64,000 nucleotides of DNA from Phaeosaccion multiseriatum (lineage: Eukaryota > Protista > Ochrophyta, other classes). The notes beneath the pieces were generated by a model. That model was given only the letters and a program-made list of their open reading frames with translations. It did not search any database and was not told the origin of the DNA. The position numbers and the translations under genes are program-made. The stretch is from assembly GCA_965112735.1 (NCBI GenBank), contig OZ218952.1:5394001-5458000 (forward strand), written 5' to 3'. Below are positions 1 to 15,891 of this stretch, one piece after another. Numbering within the stretch: the stretch's first letter is position 1; each line of letters opens with the position of its first letter.

Positions 1-185
1 GGGCTTCTGGCCGCAGGCCAGCGCAGGCTTCTGGCCGCAGGCCAGTGGTCAGGCTTCAGGCTTCGCAGGCTGGGAGAAAAATGGGGGACTTGGCAGGCTT
101 TTCGCTACTTTCTGCAGGCTTCTGGCCGCAGGCCGCCGCAGGCTTCTGCTTTATCGGGGGCCCGAGAAACCTCGCCTGGAGCCGA
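1..185. mobile_element. Truncated right ends of TCG-terminated non-autonomous elements
   Basis: Tandem GGCTTCTGGCCGCA-type subrepeats end in ...GGGCCCGA at 165. CTGGAGCCGA at 176-185 is identical to the family-B terminus at 63981-63990. The left ends lie outside the window, so TSDs cannot be checked. Confidence 0.45.
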
Positions 186-194
186 CGACCTAGA

Positions 195-500
195 CCCAGA
201 CAGCACACAAATGACGATTACTTTGACGACGTTTGACGACGTTTGACGACGCTTGAGCCCCCTGTTTGACGCTCTTTGACGCTTTTTGACGCCCTTTGAC
301 GCCCTTTGACGCCCTTTGACGCCCTTTTCCGTGAGTTTTTTTTTACGTGATTTTTTTTAGACGAAATTAATAAGGCGAATTAAGATAAAAGGTGCGTCAA
401 AGTGCGTCAAACAGGGCTTTAAAGTGGGTAAAAAGGGGGTTCAAAAGTCGTCAAACGTCGTCAAAGTAATCGTCATTTGGCGTCAAAAGCGTCAAAAGTG
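195..500. repeat. Foldback/subterminal-repeat region, probable DNA transposon end
   Basis: Perfect 33-bp inverted repeat at 208-240 / 447-479 (CAAATGACGATTACTTTGACGACGTTTGACGAC). About ten TTTGACG units on the left are mirrored by CGTCAAA units on the right. Confidence 0.6.
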
Positions 501-806
501 CCACTCAACCGCGAAATCACAGTAGGCCTATTTTGGAAAATTGCCCGGCCTAGCGAGGGCCGTAGGCACTCGGTCTATTTATAGGCCGCCGCCTAGGCGC
601 AGTCGCAGGTCCAGGGCGGGAATATGCTCATATGCCCCTTGGCTGGCCCGGAACCCGTCCAAGTGTCGTAGGTAGAGGAGAGATAATGAAAAAAGAAAAA
701 AGAGTTTTTTTTTTTTAATTTTTTAACACTCGATTTGCGTAAGAATCGCCCAAATCGCCCGATTTCCGGCCCAATTTTTTTTTTGCACATATGCAGCAAA
801 AGGACG

Positions 807-2846
807 CTACCCCAGCACCCCTCCCTCCACGTCCTTCAGCTCATTCGTGTATCTTCCTGGCAAGCCTTCTGCTCTGTCGCTCTCACGTCGTCGCCTCCTC
901 CCGTTGGAAGGATTGCTGCATCCCACCTTGCTCTCCGCCTTGCTTTCCTCCTCCTCCTTCTCCTCTTCCTCCTCCTCCTCCTCCTCCTTCTCCTCCTCCT
1001 CCTCCTCCTCCTCGCCCTCGTCCTCCTCACTCGCTGCCTTGCCTTCTCCATCTCCACTCGACGCCCTGTCCTCCTGCCGCTGCCGCTGTCTGCTCTTGAC
1101 CACAGGCACCCTGAGCATCAGCACGGTTCCCTCCACACTCACCACCTCGCCTCTCCACTTTGGCGCGCCGTGCTCCCCCTGCTTCCTTCTTCTCACCCCC
1201 CTCTTTCTCGGCCTCGTCCTCTTCCCGTCGATCTTAACACTGCCAGCAGGACCCAGAGAGCCCCCACCGACCAAAGCCTCATTCGGACCACTGCGAGGGG
1301 CAATGGCAGAACGTACAGCATCGTCGCTGGCAGGGGGTGAGTCCCCCTCCCCCTCCCCTTCCCCTTTCCCTTTCCCAAGGTCTTCGCCTCCCTGGGACGG
1401 GACAGAGGTACCTACTGGGCTTGAACGCACCTCTTCCCCTCCGCCGTCCCCACTAACTCCGCTTGCCGCCTCCTCCTGCCCCTTCTCCGCTGTTCCCAAT
1501 CCGCCGCCTCCCTCCCCCTCCCCACCTCCCACCCTGGGCCCTGCTCGGTCCTCCTCGTCGCTTGGTGGCATCCTGTTTTGAGCCTCCTTGTCCCCACCTT
1601 TCCCATGCCCCTCCTCCGCCGCCTCCGCCGCCTTCTCCGCCTCCTCCGTCTCCTCCTTCTCTTTCTTCTTTTCCTCCTCCGCCTCCTCCACCTTTGCCTT
1701 CCCCTCCTCGTCGGCCTCAGCTCGAGCTCCGTCGCCGAGCTCTCCGGGGGTCTTGGTCCGACTGCCCCCTCCATCCTCCGCTCGCCCTACCAGCTCCGCC
1801 GCCCCTCTTTCCTCCTTGTTGCCTTCTTGTGGCGGTGTCTCCCCTGCCTGTGTCCCTTCGGAACTGTCTCCTGAACCATGTGTTTCACCAGCGGCTTGCG
1901 TGTCTTCCTGCTCACAGTTGCCGCCCTCCTCCCCCCCTTCTCTCTTCCCTCTCTTCATCCCTTCGCTGGGAACTTCAACACGAGTATCTTTCTCGCGCTC
2001 TTCCCTCTCATCTCCGGCGTCCTGAGCGCCCTCCTCTTCCCCTCCTACTTGTTCTCCTCGCCCCTCTTGTTCAGGAAGGGATGACGTCGTCGCCTTCTCG
2101 AGCTGCCCCAGTCCAGCGTCCGCGTGTCCAGGCGTCTCCTCAGCGAGGGAAGCCGCTGAACGAGGCCCTGCTGACGATACCACTGCGGTCTCCCCCGCAT
2201 TCCCCGAGGCGGGAGGAGCAGTCTTCTCGGTGGCATCAGAGCTCTCTCGGGCATCTTTGTGTGCTCCCTCTTCCGACTGTCCCGTCTCCTGCGCCCGTCT
2301 TTCTGTCTCGCCCTCCTGTACTGCGCTGACGCTGTCTCGCTGAGCGTCCCCACCTCCGGTCCCCTCTCGCAGGCCTTCCCTCGTTTCGTGCCGTCCTTCC
2401 CCTCCCCCCTCTTCTTCTGCTTCTGCTAGTTGCTGCTCCTCCTCGTTCCCACTTCCATCCTCGCTGCAGCTTGAGATCAAGGAAGGAGGCGCGATGGGCG
2501 AGTCACCGGCGGCCACAAGGTGGAAAACTCCTCTATGTATATCGAAGGTCACTTCATGGCTACGCCATTCCAACTGGGGAAAGGCCAAGCTCCCCTTGGA
2601 CTTCTTCCCTCGCTGTTTGCCGCCATGATACTGACGTACATCGGCCTGTGTATTCTGTGAAGAGAAGGCGCGGCTGGGCAAGGCGTATCCCTCCTCCTCG
2701 TCAGGCTCCAGGCCGAAGCGCTCATCGGCAAGTAAATTACAATCACCACCAAGCCCTCCATTCGGCCTGCTGCAACTCGACGAAGAGCGAGAGCGCGGAG
2801 AGGACCCCGAAGAAGAGGAAGGCGACCGCGACCTACACCGAGGCAT
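807..2846 (-). CDS. Hypothetical Glu/Gly-rich low-complexity protein, intronless (~680 aa)
   Basis: 2.1-kb open frame with first ATG at 2846. Two short ordered-looking segments (QLEWRSHEVTFDIHRGVFHLVA; KWRGEVVSVEGTVLMLRVPVV). Lies head-to-head with the kinase gene. No recognisable domain. Confidence 0.5.
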   Translation of the reverse strand: MPRCRSRSPSSSSGSSPRSRSSSSCSRPNGGLGGDCNLLADERFGLEPDEEEGYALPSRAFSSQNTQADVRQYHGGKQRGKKSKGSLAFPQLEWRSHEVTFDIHRGVFHLVAAGDSPIAPPSLISSCSEDGSGNEEEQQLAEAEEEGGGEGRHETREGLREGTGGGDAQRDSVSAVQEGETERRAQETGQSEEGAHKDARESSDATEKTAPPASGNAGETAVVSSAGPRSAASLAEETPGHADAGLGQLEKATTSSLPEQEGRGEQVGGEEEGAQDAGDEREEREKDTRVEVPSEGMKRGKREGGEEGGNCEQEDTQAAGETHGSGDSSEGTQAGETPPQEGNKEERGAAELVGRAEDGGGSRTKTPGELGDGARAEADEEGKAKVEEAEEEKKKEKEETEEAEKAAEAAEEGHGKGGDKEAQNRMPPSDEEDRAGPRVGGGEGEGGGGLGTAEKGQEEAASGVSGDGGGEEVRSSPVGTSVPSQGGEDLGKGKGEGEGEGDSPPASDDAVRSAIAPRSGPNEALVGGGSLGPAGSVKIDGKRTRPRKRGVRRRKQGEHGAPKWRGEVVSVEGTVLMLRVPVVKSRQRQRQEDRASSGDGEGKAASEEDEGEEEEEEEEKEEEEEEEEEKEEEESKAESKVGCSNPSNGRRRRRESDRAEGLPGRYTNELKDVEGGVLG

Positions 2847-3053
2847 GGGGAGAGCCGACTGGGGAGAGCTGGTGGAATATTTTGTACATCGGAATGCTGA
2901 TGTCAACGTGTAAGCTCGCGTGTTGGCTGTCTGCCATTACGGTTGAGATTCACAGCTGGCGGCCAGGGCTGACTCGGGAAGTTCCTCGAGTAAATATGAG
3001 CAAGAGGGGCTTAGCATTGCTTGGCCGTGTGGGATAGAGAGGGGGAAGGCCAC

Positions 3054-6025
3054 ATGGGATGGCTGAAGTCATTGTCCAAAGGGCTTGCCAAGGGATTGGC
3101 GACAGGGGGAGACAAGCTCTCTCGGGGCAAAGGGGGGAAGGCAATTTTAAAAAGCAGCCGTGCGGAGGAGGAGTACGAGGAGGAGGCGGACGAGGATGAC
3201 GAGAAAACCTCCACAGAGGAGGAGAGGGGGCGCTGGAAGGCTCGGGACGAGACTGACGAGGAAGAGGAGGGCCCCTCTCTTCGACGAAGAAGGCGGAGGA
3301 GTCGGCGGCACACACTGGCAACCCAGGCGGATGGCCTCTCCGATGGTCGTCGACTGAGGTCCAGCATACACCCCGAGGAAGCCACTGTCTTTTTTGACCG
3401 TCCGAAGATCAAGCGACGTACTCCCTCTCCCCCGCTCAGACCCGAACGCACTGACGAAGAGAGGAGGGAACGCCTTCGCTATCTGGCGGGCCCTGCGCTA
3501 GCTCCTCCTCCGGTAAGTTCATTCCCCTCCTACTCGGGAAAAAGGGAACAGAGGGAGAGCTCACAGCCCTCGTCTTTTATCGCCTGCTTGCCCACTAGGA
3601 GAAAGGGCAGTTCGTATATCAACAGCAGGAACGCGCTTCTCGCCGCCGGCGACGCCGCAGTACCGGTAGCGTGGAGGACGGCAGTCGCTGGTCGCCGCCC
3701 AAGCCGCTGCAGAAGAATGGAAAGGACCTCCTCAGGGGGGAGAAGGGGTGGAGAGGAGCGGATGGTAGGGATAACAGAAAGGGGGGGGGAGATGGCAGGA
3801 CGGGGGGGGGGCGGAGACGAAGGCAGCGGAGGAGTGATTTGGAGTCCGACGAGTTGGTCTCGGGGGAGTTTCGCAAACAGGGACATACTCTCGACGAGGG
3901 CGACGAGGACGGCGAGGAAGGCAAAGTTGAGCCTTATGGGGTGGTGGGAAGCGAGACCAGCAGCGCAGGCACACCTTCGCCTCCTCCCCCACCCCCTAGA
4001 CGGGTCAAGGCTTCGGTAGACCGAAGCAAGCACAGCGGAGGGGTGGGAGGAGTGGGAGGGGTGGGAGTAATTGAGTCTCAGCAAGTCTTTGCTCTACGCG
4101 AGGCCTTGGAAGAGAGGGGGCGGCAGCTTGTGGAGCTGCAGTGGCAGCTCGACCGGGCGAATGCGGAGTGGAAAGAGCAAAGGAGAGAGGCGGCACAGGA
4201 AGGGGCTGCTGCTGATGCGCGCGCTGAGCAGGTGTGTGTGTGTGTGTGTGTGCGTATGTGTGTGTGCGTGCGTGTGTGTATGTGTGTGTGAAGTGTGAAA
4301 CCCTTTTAGTAGACACCCCTCGCCCCTGATGTGTGCATGCCCCCCTTCTCTCCATCCATCCACAGCCACCCTCATACCTCTGCTCCTGCTCATGCAATAG
4401 AATCGTGTTGAGCGCCCTTCCTCCCTCACCCCCCCCCCCCTGTGTCCTCTGCTGCCTCCACCACTCCATCAGACCATTGCCCACCTTCGCATGCAGCTGC
4501 GAGACCGAGACCAAGAGCTATCCAGCCTTCGCAGTCTCGAACAGCAGAGGGATGCCCGCGTGAGAGAGCTCAAGGCACAACTCAGGGAAGCGAGGGAGGA
4601 GAAATCGTGTGGAGCTCTTGCCTTGCCGCCTGAGATGGGGGGGGTGGAGAGAGCGGAGGGTGGGGGAGGAGGAGGAGCAGGAGGAGGAGCGGGAGGAGGA
4701 GGAGGAGGGGGAGTGGGAGGAGGAGGAGGAGCAGGCGGAGGGAACAGGCCCCCGGAGACACCGAGCGGTGGGGGAAGGGCTATGAAGGTGAGGCGCGGTT
4801 ACGGCGGTTACGCCTTCTTGATGGTGTTGGGGATGAATGAGTCGATTCCGTCTAGGATCAGTGTGTGTATGTGTGTGTGTATGTGTGTGTATGTGTGTGT
4901 GTGTGTTTGTGTGTGCGTGTGCGTGTGTGTGTGCGTGTGTGTGTGTGTGCGCGTGTGTGTGTGTGGTGCGAGTGTGCGTATGGTATTCTTGGTGCGGATT
5001 TTCCCCTCTCCTCCTGCCCACCCTCCCACCCACCCACCCCCAACCCTCCCACCCACCCCTGTCCGTCGATCCGTCTGCCCTGTGTGCCCCGCCTCACGCA
5101 GGTGTTCAGCAATGAGGAGCTTGCCAGGGCCTGTGATGACTTTGGTCAGCGCAGCATCCTCGGCTCAGGGGCTTTTGGAGCGGTGTACAGAGGGAGGCTT
5201 GGTGAGCGCAAGGTTGCGGTGAAGCGCCTCAACGCACCCACAGGCATGGGTGTGGTGGACTCTATGCAAGCGGCAGAGAGCTTCAGGTGAGTGAGCAGTT
5301 GGTGACACAGTAAGAGGAGCAGGAAGAGAAGAGGCTTTCTTTGCCTCTCGAACCTGGGAGTGAGTGGCCGCCCCTCTTGAGCGACCTTTCGGGTCTGCGC
5401 TTACTTACTTACTTACTAACTTGCTGACTTACTTACTTGCTTGCTTGCTTGCTTCTTGCCTACCTACCGCCCAACCTCGCATTGCTCTCTCTCTCTCTTT
5501 CCCTCTCTCTCTGTCTCTCTCTCTGTGTGTGTGTGTGCTGTGTCTACCCAGGCTGGAGGTGGAGGTCCTGATGGCGTGCCGTCATGAACATTTGGTGCCC
5601 CTGGTTGGGGTCTGTCTCAGTACCCTCTCGCTGGTATACCCATTTATGCGGAACGGAAGCTTGGACACCCACTTAGTGGAGACCCAAAAGCGCCGGGTGT
5701 TGCTGTGGCCCGACCGCGTGATGATCGCGCTGGGGGTGGTCAAAGCCCTCGCCTACTTGCACTCGCCTGTGGAGGGCCGGGGGACCAACAGCAACAAGCC
5801 GGCCATCATACACAGAGATATTAAGGTGAGGTGTGGTGCATACATCTATCTCTGTCCCTATCTACCCATATACCTACTTATTTATCAGTCTTGTCTATGG
5901 GCGGATCTCTTTCTCGTCCTCTCTTTCTGTCCTATTACTGACTGGTATCTCTGTCTACCCAATTTATCAATGGATCTATCTGGTTGTCTATCGCTCTCTC
6001 CACTCTTTCTTCATCATCATTTCTA

Positions 6026-6056
<31 letters not shown>

Positions 6057-7185
6057 GTCTGTCTATCTATCTCTCATTCTATCTATCTATCTACCATCTA
6101 TCTATCTGTCTGTCTCTCTCTCCCTCTCCCCCTCTCTTTCTCTCTACCATCTATCTATCGATGGATCTGTGTCTACGCATCAACCTCTCTGTGGAGAAAG
6201 AGCAACGAAGGGGGCTTAGAAAAAATATGTCGAAAGCGCTTGAGCCCACCTTACTCTTATCGACTGTCACTCGCCCCTTTTACATGTTTAGGCCGCGAAC
6301 ATCCTCCTGGACAATGATATGAATCCTCGGCTGGCGGACGTGGGGATCGCCAGGGTGAGTGAGTGAGTGAGTGAGTGAGTGAGTGAGTGAGTGAGTGAGT
6401 GAGTGAGTGAGTGAGTGAGTGAGTGAGTGAGTGAGTGAGTGAGTGAGTGAGTGAGTGAGTGAGTGAGTGAGTGAGTGAGTGAGTGAGTGAGTGAGTGAGT
6501 GAGTGAGTGAGTGAGTGAGTGAGTGAGTGAGTGAGTGAGTGAGTGAGTGAGTGAGTGAGTGAGTGAGTGAGTGAGTGAGTGAGTGGGTGAGTGAGTGAGT
6601 GAGTGATTGAGTGAGTGGGTGAGTGAGTGGGTGAGTGAGTGAGTGAGTGAGTGAGTGAGTGAGTGAGTGAGTGAGTGAGTGAGTGAGTGAGTGAGTGAGT
6701 GAGTGAGTGAGTGAGTGAGTGAGTGAGTGAGTGAGTGAGTGAGTGAGTGAGTGAGTGAGTGAGTGAGTGAGTGAGTGAGTGGGTGAGTGAGTGAGTGAGT
6801 GAGTGAGTGAGTGAGTGAGTGAGTGAGTGAGTGAGTGAGTGAGTGAGTGGGTGAGTGAGTGAGTGCGTGATTGGGTGAGTGAGTGAGTGAGTGCGTGAGT
6901 GAGTGAGTGAAGTAAGAGAGAGCGTGAGTGAGTGAGTGAGTGAGTGAGTGGGTGAGTGAGTATGTGAGTGAGTGAGTGAGTATGTGAGTGAGTGAGTGAG
7001 TGAGTGAGTATGTGAGTGAGTGAGTGAGTGAGTGAGTGAGTAAGTAAGGGGAAGCCCCCACCACTCGTGGAGCCCCTCCTGGCGCCGGCCTTGCTTAAGT
7101 TGTGACGTCACACATACACATACACACACGCACACACACACGCACACACACACACACACGCACACACGCACACACACATACACAC

Positions 7186-7266
<81 letters not shown>

Positions 7267-8647
7267 CACAGGTGCTGGGGCAAGGGGAGATGCACTGCAC
7301 CACCCAAGTAGCAGGCACCCCGCAGTACCTTGATCCTTCCTACATGGAGTCAGGACACTTGACCGAGCAGAGCGACAAGTACTCACTGGGGGTGGTCATG
7401 CTCGAGTTGTTGGAGGGTCAGCTGGCAAGGCCGGGCTTTGTGTTGGCGCAGAGAAGGGCCCTACGAAGGGCGGATCTCCGAGTAGGCATGGGGGATAAGT
7501 TGATTGATTGGCCCGCACGCAAGGCAGAACCCTTTGCGGTGGCGGCCAAGGCGTGCATCCAGAGGTGTGTGGGGGGGGAGTGGGGGGGGGACGTGCGCTG
7601 TGAAGAACCAACTCCTGGACATGACTAGAGTACGCCAATGTGCGTACTCACCCCGACCAGTCCAAAGCCAATGCTTTTTTCTACAACGTCCACTTCCTTC
7701 TTGCCCCCCTTTGCTTGCATGCACCCTCTGGTGCCATCTGGACCCCCTTTGTCTTGTACTGTATCACCAACTGCTGCGCTGTATCACCAACTGCTGTGCC
7801 GTATCACCAACTGCTGCTGTCTCACCACAACTGCTGTGCTGTATCACCAACTGCTGTACTGTCCGAACCCTTTCCGACCGAGCACAGGGACCCCGACAAG
7901 CGACCCGAGCTGGAGCACGTCATCACGTGAGTACCTCCCATTCCCTCCCTCCCTCCCTCTCTCCCTCCTTCGTATCTGCAGTAGACTATCGTAGAATCTG
8001 CGTGGCATGCATATCAGGTAGCGCAGATGGCACCAGAGGGTGTGCACAATAGACTCAGACTTGAACCATGATAAGAGTGGTCCAGAGTCGAACGGAGTCG
8101 AACGGAGTCGAAAAGAGAGAGCTTGTCTGACAAGTGTGTGACGTTTTGTCCCTCGTACTTCATGCTGACGCCCCTCTCATGTCCCCCTCCTCCTGCTCCT
8201 CCCTGTCCTCCCCTACCCTACCCTACAATGGATATCTACAATGGCAGTGAGCTCAAGCGCATCCTGGGCTCCCGTCCCTCCCGCCACGCCCCCCGACGCC
8301 AACGACAGTGCATCGTCTGCTTGGAGCAGCCAAGCACAGCTCGATTTAGGCCCTGCAACTGCCTGCTGTGCTGCGGCCAGTGTGCGAAGCTCATACACCG
8401 CAGAGGGGGAGGACGGGGGGTGGGAGGAGGGGGAGAAGGAGGAGGGGGAATAGGAGGAGGAGGAGGAGGAGGAGGAGGAGGAGGAGGAGGCCGTGGGGGG
8501 TTGTGGGGGGCCGACGCCGACCAGGAGGAGGAGGAGGAGGAGGTGGAGGGGACGGGGGGGGCCCTCTGCCCACTGTGCGACGCGGAGATTCAGGAGGTGC
8601 AGTACGAAGCGGGAGGGGGGGGGGGGGCGTCTCTGAGCCCTGTGTGA
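3054..8647 (+). CDS. Pelle/IRAK-like (RLCK-type) Ser/Thr kinase with N-myristoylation motif, coiled coil and C-terminal RING finger
   Basis: 9 phase-consistent exons: 3054-3512, 3599-4231, 4473-4787, 5102-5286, 5552-5825, 6292-6354, 7272-7564, 7888-7926, 8248-8647. Motifs MGWLKS, FSNEEL, LGSGAFGAVY, VAVK, IIHRDIKAANILLD, ADVGIAR, GTPQYLDP, SDKYSLG, KRP; RING CIVC..PCNCLLCCGQC..CPLC. Confidence 0.9.
6355..7040 (+). repeat. (GTGA)n tetranucleotide microsatellite starting at a 5' splice site
   Basis: ~690 bp of near-perfect GAGT repeats beginning at the GT of kinase intron 6. The same intron ends in (CA)n at 7108-7270, running into the AG acceptor. Confidence 0.95.
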
Positions 8648-9352
8648 CGCGCCAAGTGAAGCTGTTGGTGATACGACTTGAGGGCACCCATATGACCGAG
8701 GACACCTCCTCCTCCTCATTTGGATGTGACTTGAGGGCACTCACATATGTGTACCTTTTTGTTACGTACAACGATTGATTTTTAATTTCAAACGATTTCG
8801 TAAAAGCGGGCTGATGACTGACTGACTCACCCGCCCTCCCGCATTCTCTTGTCGAAGATCGAAGACGGGCCGAGCCAGCTAACCCACCCGCACGCCCCCT
8901 GCCCTAGTCGTTGGTTGTCACCCTCTCTGATGTATGAACTTCCTTCGCTGTACCACCAACACGTGCACGTACGCACACTCTCGCTGAAACGCACGGGTCT
9001 CAATACCCTCTCTGCCCCCCACCCCGACCGAGCTCCCTCTCTCGCCGCGAATCGAATCGGTTCGGCAAGACCACACGCTTACAAAACTCACGCACGCGCT
9101 CACACCGAGCGAGCCGCGCCTCTCACAAATCATCGGAAATCCGTGCTCGACCTCTTCTTCTCGCCCCCCCTCCTTCTCCGGCTTCGCTTTCGCTCTGCTC
9201 CCTCTACCCTTACTTACACCTGCTGCTGCCCCTCCCCCCCCTCTCTTCCTCCCTCTCCTCTCTCTGAGCACTCAGCACTCCTCCCTCGTCCTCCTCCTCC
9301 TCCTCCTCCTCCGCTTTCCGCTCTCCTCACTCTGTCTTGACTTCCACGCCAT

Positions 9353-10382
9353 TTAATCTCTGTGCGACCTCTCCATTTGTTCTCTGGTGTACGCGGTACC
9401 CTTCACGACGCAAATGCCAAAGATGATGGGCGGGATGGCGAACCAGGCGTGGTCCTTGAACTTCCTCGCGGCCTGTGAGGTGAGGAGGGTGCGCAAGGGT
9501 ACGTATGGGTACGTAAGGCCCCAGTTAGTCACCAGCGGGGAGAGGAGGGGCACAGCGCGAGAGGAAAGGAGGGATGACGGAGGGAGGGGCGAGAAGGATG
9601 AGTGGTGACACGATCATGCAGAGGCGAGGGGCGGACACGTTGACTCAAGTCCGAGGGTGTGGGTGCGAGCCAACGGAGAGTGTTTGCCAAAGGCAGTACA
9701 GCTGTCCATGGGGTGGGGCTTTGCCAAGGGGGCCGTGCATGCATTGGCCAAGGACGATGGGGTAACCAAAGGAGCAGGCCCGGCCTCCCTGCCATTCGTA
9801 GTTGCTCTACCTCGCGACTGGACTAGCTCGTCTGCCTCACGTTGGCCTGCAGTAGACTCTTTCTCCCTTCCCGCCCCTCTCTCCCCCCCCCCCTCCTCTC
9901 CTCCTTCCCCTCTCATCTCGACTCACGTTGGCGTGCAGTGTCTTCCAGAGGGGCATGACGGCGTCTTGCTGGAAGGCAGACCGGTGGCGGGTGATCTTCA
10001 GACAGTCGGAGAGGGAAGGGGGCAGGGTGTAGACAGGAGAGAGGTCAGAGTTTCCCATCGGCAAATAGAAGAGTCAGCTTCCACCAGACCAAAGCACTTA
10101 ATCCACATCGCCGCTGCAGTCGGCCCTTTCTCCCGATTAAAGGAACCCCTACAGCAGCACCGCAGCAAGACAGCCACGCTTGCCTTGCCCTCTTCCTCTT
10201 TCTCTCGCTGTGGCGGTGGCGCCCTCTCTCTCCCTCTCTCTATTCAGCGAACTCACCACTCCCTCCTGCGGCACGTAAAACGACCACCACTTCTTGAGGT
10301 TTTGCTTGTCGGATTGCTTCGCGCGGCTCATCCCTGAAGACTCCGCCATCATCATGAGTCTGCTCGTTGCTCGGAACGCCAT
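9353..10382 (-). CDS. QCR8: Cytochrome b-c1 complex subunit 8 (QCR8/UQCRQ-like), 104 aa
   Basis: Three phase-0 exons (10382-10257, 9995-9927, 9472-9353) give ...KKWWSFYVPQEGV-ITRHRSAFQQDAVMPLWKTLHAN-AARKFKDHAWFAIPPIIFGICVV...RSHRD*. The WW..Q.G.IT...S.FQQ pattern, single TM helix and size match UcrQ. Confidence 0.78.
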
Positions 10383-10819
10383 GGCTTGTCGTATCAACTA
10401 ACTACTGAGCTCAGCCGCCTAGCCGGAGAGAGAGGACTTACGTAAAGTTACGTAACTTTAGGTAGGAGGGTTTAGCTTCTTCCCCTCTTGAAAAAAGGCA
10501 AGGAAAGGTTGCTTGCAAAGGTACGTCGATAGAACCGCGTAGAAAAAGCTTGGCTTGTCCCAGATGCTGTCTTGCGTACACCGCTGGTGTCTTTGTCGCG
10601 GAAGTGTGGCTTTCTTTACGGAGAGAGTGGTTTAATTCCGTGGGCTCGCTCCTTTCCGCCTGTTCCCCTCCGCCTTGCCACCATTACCACTCTGCCTCAA
10701 ACGCCACGACCCATAATCTTCTCCTCCCACGGCTGCCTCGGGCTGAGTAGCGATTGCATAGCACGAGTGGAAGCCAGTGGGCGAGCGATCCAACACTTCA
10801 CAGAAGGGGGGCAACAGAC

Positions 10820-14654
<3,835 letters not shown>

Positions 14655-15469
14655 AGATAGATGGCAGTGGATGGCCTTGATCATTGAAGCTCATTGCAGC
14701 ATCGCAGGCATATGGTCATTGGGTCCTTACGAGGCAGGAGGAGAGAGGCGAGTCTTTAGTGTCCGTGTAACCGCACAAGAGAGCTCAGAGGAGAGGGGGG
14801 CGGCACTTCACTTCATCTCACGTCTCTCTCATTCACCCATTCAGCGGCGGAGAGCAGGGGCAGTGAGCGGCGGCCCGAGGGGGGCAAGGCCGGGAGGGGG
14901 AGGGAGGGGAGGGATGCCTGTTAAGCTCTTCGTCGGAGGTCCTCTCTCGGCCTGTGGTAGCTGAGGGGCAGAGGTGAAGAAATGACCGCACTTGGGCATT
15001 GTATTGGGCATCACAGGCGTGTGTGTCATGTGTAGGGTCAGGGAAGGGGTGCATTGGGCTCTCCTTGCTTTAATCACTGAAGTAAATCAAACTTCGTCCG
15101 GCTCGCTTTCCCTTCATTCCTCAAGGTCTTAAAGCTAACGACGTCGTATACTTCAAGAGCCCTTGCATTCCTCTTCTCGCCTCCTCGGGTCAGACGCGCC
15201 TAACGGTCTTGGCTCTGGCGCGTAGGACGCTCGGCCCTCGGCCGATCTGGTCGGCCTCTAGGCAGGTTCTAGGCAGCCTCTCCGTGACCGCGGGCGCGTG
15301 CGTGGGGCCGCCCAGCCAGTGGTAGCGGCGCACCTGCAGGCATGCACTCCTCGCAGGGCAGCCAGGCGAGGCGGCAAGAGACAACACGAATCAAGTCTAC
15401 TCCTCGCTTTCAATCCCATGCATTGCTTGGTTTAAAGTGACTCTTTGCACTCTGGGCAATGCCACCGTC

Positions 15470-15890
15470 TAGCTAGGCCGCCGCCCTGGGCCGCGGGTCT
15501 ACCAGGCCGTGTTGTAAGCCGGTGCCAGTTGTGATCTGCCCCCGTGGGTACGCGAGCTGCTCATGTACGGCGGCTCCTCTCTCAGAGCTTGGTTTGTATA
15601 AGGACAGAGCGGCCAGCATGATATAGTAGTGGCTGATGTGGTAGGTAGTGCGAGGGAGGAGTGGAGCAGGCAAGCAATCGGGGCCTAGCTAGGCATTGGG
15701 GATGTTGTAAGTCGGTGCATGGCAGGCTTGTTGCTCTCCTTAAACAAACCAAGCTCTGAGAGAGGAGCCACCGTACGTGAGCAGCTCGCGTACCCACCGG
15801 GGGCAGATCACAACTGGTGGTATCGACTTACAACAAGCCTTGCGGCGGCCTCTAGAAATAGGCGGAGGGCCTGGTACGGCCCTCTCTAGC
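15470..15890. mobile_element. Degenerate foldback element (family D)
   Basis: ~100-bp imperfect inverted arms at 15510-15610 and 15733-15835 (TGTTGTAAG...CTTACAACA). 15842-15890 resembles the reverse complement of 549-595, so it is a dispersed repeat. No clean TSD. Confidence 0.55.
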
Positions 15891-15891
15891 T

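Noticed and set aside
6257-7318. Long ORFs of THSL, GREG, PSLP or VCVC repeats (also 16005-18782, 29827-31302, 63284-63765)
   Set aside because: Translations of stop-free microsatellites inside introns or TE cargo; not genes.
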